Assembly: GCA_964016885.1 (NCBI GenBank)
Contig: OZ024742.1
Span: forward strand, 240,622,001-240,686,000
Source: Eledone cirrhosa
Lineage: Eukaryota
Length of the DNA stretch: 64,000 nucleotides
Reading direction: 5' to 3'
This document shows positions 59,367-64,000 of this stretch, piece by piece. Numbering within the stretch: the first letter of the stretch is position 1; each line of letters starts with the position of its first letter. A program made the position numbers and the translations under genes. Below the pieces are notes generated by a model that was not told where the DNA came from, did no database searches, and saw only the letters and a list, made by a program, of their open reading frames with translations.

Positions 59367-61387
59367 GGAAGACATGATATGAAGGTTAAAAACACTTGTG
59401 GATAGTGCAGTTTTAAATCAACATATGAAAAGTAGTTTTAGATTGATGTGTGATATTGGGGAACATTTTTTTGAGGGGGGTGGGGGTGGAAAGGATGAAA
59501 AAGAGGAGGAGATGAGAGTAAAAAGTGGAGAGGGAGGAGTATAATGAGGAAGGATGAGATAGGAGGAGAGATGGGTGATAGAGAGAGAGAGATAGCTTTT
59601 ATAACTGAGAAAAATATATTGTTTTACATAGAGAGGTTGAAAAACCGTTGGAAGATAATGTATAAATTAAAAGAATTTGAAAATTAACAAAGAGAAAAAT
59701 AATGTAAAGTTAAGGTTTGTATATTGAAGGGTTTAATAATATGTGCGATGAAAAGAAATTGTTAATATGTATTAAGAATAATATTTAAGGGTTTAATAAT
59801 ATGTACGATGGAAAGAAAATGTTAATATGTATTAAGAATAATATTTAAGGGTTTAATAATATGTACGATGGAAAGAAAATGTTGATATGTATTATTAAAA
59901 AAACAAAAGTAATGTAAGTAAGGATATATTGTAAGTTAGATGAAAGTGAGAAAAAAATAATGAATAGAGGATGAATAACGAGTGACCTAGTGTTATCTAT
60001 AGAAGGAATTGGATTGGAGAAGTTATTTGCGATAGGAATAATAGTTTAATAATCTCTCTAATCGCAATTGCAATTGCCCTGCTAAAAATAAATGTCCTCT
60101 CAACAACCATTGTCTTGATAAAAACTTAATCTACGAATGTAAAGTTATAACTGACACCAATTCCTTCACCTATTTTGGCTCCACTTCCACCTCCTTTAAA
60201 GCTCGTCTTTATAATCATCATTCGTCTTTTAAATACCAACTTAAAAGAACCAACACGGCTCTCTCAGAACTCATATGGTCCTTGAAAGACAAAAATATTA
60301 AATATAACATCTCTTGGAAAAAGGTTTCTTTACCATTATATCTAATTTAGATTCTAAATAAATAGACGCACTGACTTGTTTTCTCTCTGCTTGCATAAAT
60401 TCCACAAAACATTCCATAAAGTATACAGCTAATATCCTAAACTTTATCAATTCAGAATCCTTTTCTCAAAGGCACATATATATATATATATATACTTCTT
60501 TAAAAATATACCCATTTTTCTACCTTATTTCAAAGTTATTTATTATACATTATATAATACTTGTTACTCATTCTATATCACTCCTATTTATCACTTCCCT
60601 TTCTTCCTTTTCCTTTTCTTTTCTTTTTCTTTTAATTTCTAACCCCTAATCTGTACCTTTTCTCACTGTGCCTAACATAGAAACAATTATTACACAATAC
60701 AATATATTCTTACTTTATATCACCTTGAAAAAATCCTTCGTAAACATAAACATTTTTTTTGACGTTAGATTATTCATCCTCTATTCATTATTTTTTCCTC
60801 ACTTTCATCTAACTTACTCATGCTCATCTCACAATATATCCTTACTTACATTACTTTTGTTTTTTTAATAATACATATCAACATTTTCTTTCCATCGCAC
60901 ATATTATTAAACCCTTAAATATTATTCTTAATACATATTAACATTTTCTTTCCATCGCACATATTATTAAACCCTTAAATATTATTCTTAATACATATTA
61001 ACATTTTCTTTTCATCGCACATATTATTAAACCCTTCAATATACAAACCTTAACTTTACATTATTTTTCTCTTCGTTAATTTACAAATTCTTTTAATTTA
61101 TACATTATCTTCCAACGGTTTTTCAACCTCTCTATGTAAAACAATATATTTTTCTCAGTTATAAAAGCTATCTCTCTCTCTCTATCACCCATCTCTCCTC
61201 CTATCTCATCCTTCCTCATTATACTCCTCCCCCTCCACTTTTTACTCTCATTTCCTCCTATTTTTCATCCCCCCCCCCTCAAACATTTTTTTTCCCAATA
61301 TCACACATCAATCTAAAACTACTTTTCATATGTTGATTTAAAACTGCACTATCCACAAGTGTTTTTAACCTTCATATCATGTCTTCC

Positions 61388-61459
61388 TATTTTATCTGAT
61401 GAAAACACAAATGTTATTGCATGATGATATTTTTTTTTTGAAATGCGCATAATAAAATA
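61388..61459 (+). ncRNA. Canonical-core HHR (sense arm)
   Basis: Same fold as 59296-59366, with a less perfect stem II. Confidence 0.68.
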
Positions 61460-61653
61460 CATGGAACTCTTTTAACCATCTTTTGATCTTATATATTATA
61501 TATATATATTTATACACATATATATAAATGTATATATATATATATACATATATATGTAAATGTATATATATATATATTTACTATCCAGCGAACCTCAACC
61601 GTTAAGGTTGTCTTTATGCGGGTATGTCAATATTTATTTATAAAACAAATTTG

Positions 61654-61719
61654 TATTTTATCTGATGAAAGCGCACCAAAATTTGCCTTGGTTGCCCTTG
61701 AAATTTATATAATAGAATA
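61654..61719 (+). ncRNA. Canonical-core HHR
   Basis: uauuuuau CUGAUGA aag-c-gca-ccaa..uugg-u-ugc-c-cuu GAAA uuuaua UA auagaaua. Confidence 0.7.
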
Positions 61720-61865
61720 ATTATGGTTTTATAAATATAGTTTCCATTTATTAATATAGTGAATATTTACTCCACTAATCTGTTGACTGCTTTATATCTG
61801 TTATAAAAATGTTTAAGCTTGTTGAATCCCAACAAATGAAATACAACCTCTGCATATATATATAT

Positions 61866-61981
61866 AAGTGGTTACACAACAGTTAGTTCACCATACCGAG
61901 AACAATTGTTTCACTTTAGCGGATTCGCTAAGGTGAAGCAATTGTTCTCGGTATGGTGAACTAACTGTTGTGTAACCACTT
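61866..61981. repeat. 116-bp near-perfect palindrome between (TA)n tracts
   Basis: Arms surround a gatt loop. A single arm also occurs at 27951-28010; it carries GAAAC-AATT-GTT. Confidence 0.9.
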
Positions 61982-62050
61982 CTACCTAACTCGTCCCATG
62001 GACTGAGTGCTCTACCACTACGGATATTACATTACCTTCCAGTGTTCTAC

Positions 62051-62089
<39 letters not shown>

Positions 62090-62771
62090 AATAGAGGTGT
62101 AACACACAAGTTATGATATATTGGTAAACGGAAAAGAAAATGTTGACAAATTGTTCACAGTGAAAAATAGTTTAATTAGGAATAAGTGTGAATTAGTAAT
62201 AGTATTGGTTAGTATTCAGTTTTGGTTTTAAGTTTTACCGGTTGCGCATTTCTAATGCTTTTCAAAAATAATTTTGAGATAGAGCGTCCGTGATGTTTGC
62301 TCTAATCTGATTAGTTTTGGAAATTCTACCTGTTTTTATGTTAAAAAAGTGGCTCCAGCGGTATTAAAATAAGTTTTGCGCCAATTCGTGTTGCAAAAAT
62401 TCTTGTGGTCAAAACAATTTTGATTGCTCGATAGAGGTCATGTGAATGTTAAAAATTGATTTTGCGCCAAATGTAGGTTTGTGTCGGCTGATTGAGAAGT
62501 CACTGAAAAATAAGTCTTTCAAAACAAATATGTGTGTGTGTGTGTGTGTGTATTAGTAGTAAAGAGGTTCGTTGTTGTGATAATGGTCAGCAGGGATGTG
62601 TGTGCGAACCGCAGCCTGTTGACAGTTCAAATGTCTATTGAGACAAGTGTGTGTGTGTGTGTAGCAGAGTAATTCGTGGTAGAGGGTTTGTCAGTAGGAA
62701 TGTGTCTGTAAGTGTGTGGGGGATATTTTAACATGTTAAAAGATATTTTTCAGCTCTTGTCTTATACGGAG

Positions 62772-62830
<59 letters not shown>

Positions 62831-62845
62831 TGTGTGTGCGTGTGT

Positions 62846-62893
<48 letters not shown>

Positions 62894-63366
62894 CTCTTTG
62901 TATGTTAATGTGCGCATACACGTGTGTGTGTGTGTATGTGGGTGGACCAATAATTATTTTTGTGATACTGGTGAAATGGTGTACATTATTCGATATTTTC
63001 AGTAAAATCGATTCTCTCAATAGAACATCAAAAACCTTAATAATAAAAGGTGTGAAATGATATATAGTATTGGTATAATACCAAGGTGTGTGTGAGTGTG
63101 TCCAGATTGTACGTACTGCAAGGGGAATCCATTAGGCCTTGACGTATTGGAATACTTGTGTACAAATATGTATGTGCCCATCAGTGTGCAATGCATGTGT
63201 GCGTTTATATATGTGTGTGTGTCGGCACGTTTATATCTATAGACATCAAAAGGTATGCAAATTTGTGTATATTTGTGTTGCACCATAGAACATGTGTGTT
63301 TACGTATGTCATTGTGTTTATACGTGGGTAGAGATGTATGCTGATATAGGTATCTATGTTGACGTG

Positions 63367-64000
63367 AAGCTTGAAACTAGTACAGCGTTCCTTTGTCAGT
63401 GTTGAACAAACGAGCAACGATGGTTGCTAGACACTACGGCTTAATACGGGATGTTTGTTTACAAACACACCGAGCATTATAATAAATGTTCGGTGAATCC
63501 ATACGTACATATATATATGTGTGCATGTATGTATATATATGTACATACTACTGTACGTCTGTATACATATATGTATGTACGTGTACATGCTTATATTTAA
63601 GTAACAGCCGTACTAAGAGTGGGAAATGAAATTTCGTTTCATTTTTTCCGTTTATCGTTTTCGGTGCACCCGGCCGATTAACCCACTCGATATGCAAATT
63701 GGGCTACTCAGCCGTTAATATGCATAAGGTAAGTATATACGTTCAACAATCTGGCAGGAAGGTAAACGTTGCTGACGATAGCTAATAAGCTTGAAACTAG
63801 TACAGCGTTCCTTTGTCAGTGTTGAACAAACGAGCAACGATGGTTGCTAGACACTACGGCTTAATACGGGATGTTTGTTTACAAACTCACCGAGCATTAT
63901 AATAAATGTTCGGTGAATCCATACGTACATATATATATATATGTGTGCATATATGTATATATATGTACATACTACTGTACGTCTGTATACATATATGTAT
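63367..64000 (+). repeat. 420-bp-period direct repeat with an HHR at the unit junction
   Basis: 63367-about 63585 is repeated from 63787 to the window end. Confidence 0.9.
63765..63809 (+). ncRNA. Minimal type I HHR
   Basis: aacguug CUGACGA u-agcu-aaua-agcu-u GAAAC UA GUA cagcguu. Stem III palindrome ACUAGU. Confidence 0.72.

Larger units (their letters stand above)
59168..61500 (+). mobile_element. Rearranged PLE related to 33892-36855, with a long inverted arm
   Basis: 59240-59980 is the reverse complement of about 60770-61500. GIY-YIG remnant at 60060-60430 (CNC..CPL..CL..IYECKV..YFGST). Internal 60-bp tandem repeats. Confidence 0.88.

Noticed and set aside
59727-59900. 60-bp tandem repeats (also 60870-61040) as CRISPR-like
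   Set aside because: They are contiguous repeats without unique spacers, inside a PLE UTR, with no cas genes.

Overview
This is eukaryotic, AT-rich, microsatellite-saturated DNA. The SINE/LINE/Penelope mix resembles an octopus (cephalopod) genome, but that is an inference. No host protein-coding gene, rRNA, CRISPR or prokaryotic feature is supported, and most ORFs in the track are translations of microsatellites. The window is a nested collection of mobile elements: a CR1-like LINE, RTE LINEs and non-autonomous RTE derivatives, a tandem array of R4/Dong-like RLE retrotransposons in (TACA)n, CRE-like fragments, tRNA-derived SINEs, non-autonomous Helitrons, hAT and Tc1/mariner MITEs, and a hAT transposase relic. 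The most striking content is a set of Penelope-like elements (PLEs; RT and/or GIY-YIG) sitting in (TA)n. Their termini carry about 16 hammerhead-ribozyme (HHR) motifs read by eye. They form a size series of fold-back (inverted-repeat) insertions from about 90 bp to 3.6 kb. There is also a 420-bp HHR-bounded tandem unit resembling a retrozyme and an HDV-like fold at an RTE 5' end. All RNA folds were inferred manually and none has been tested.
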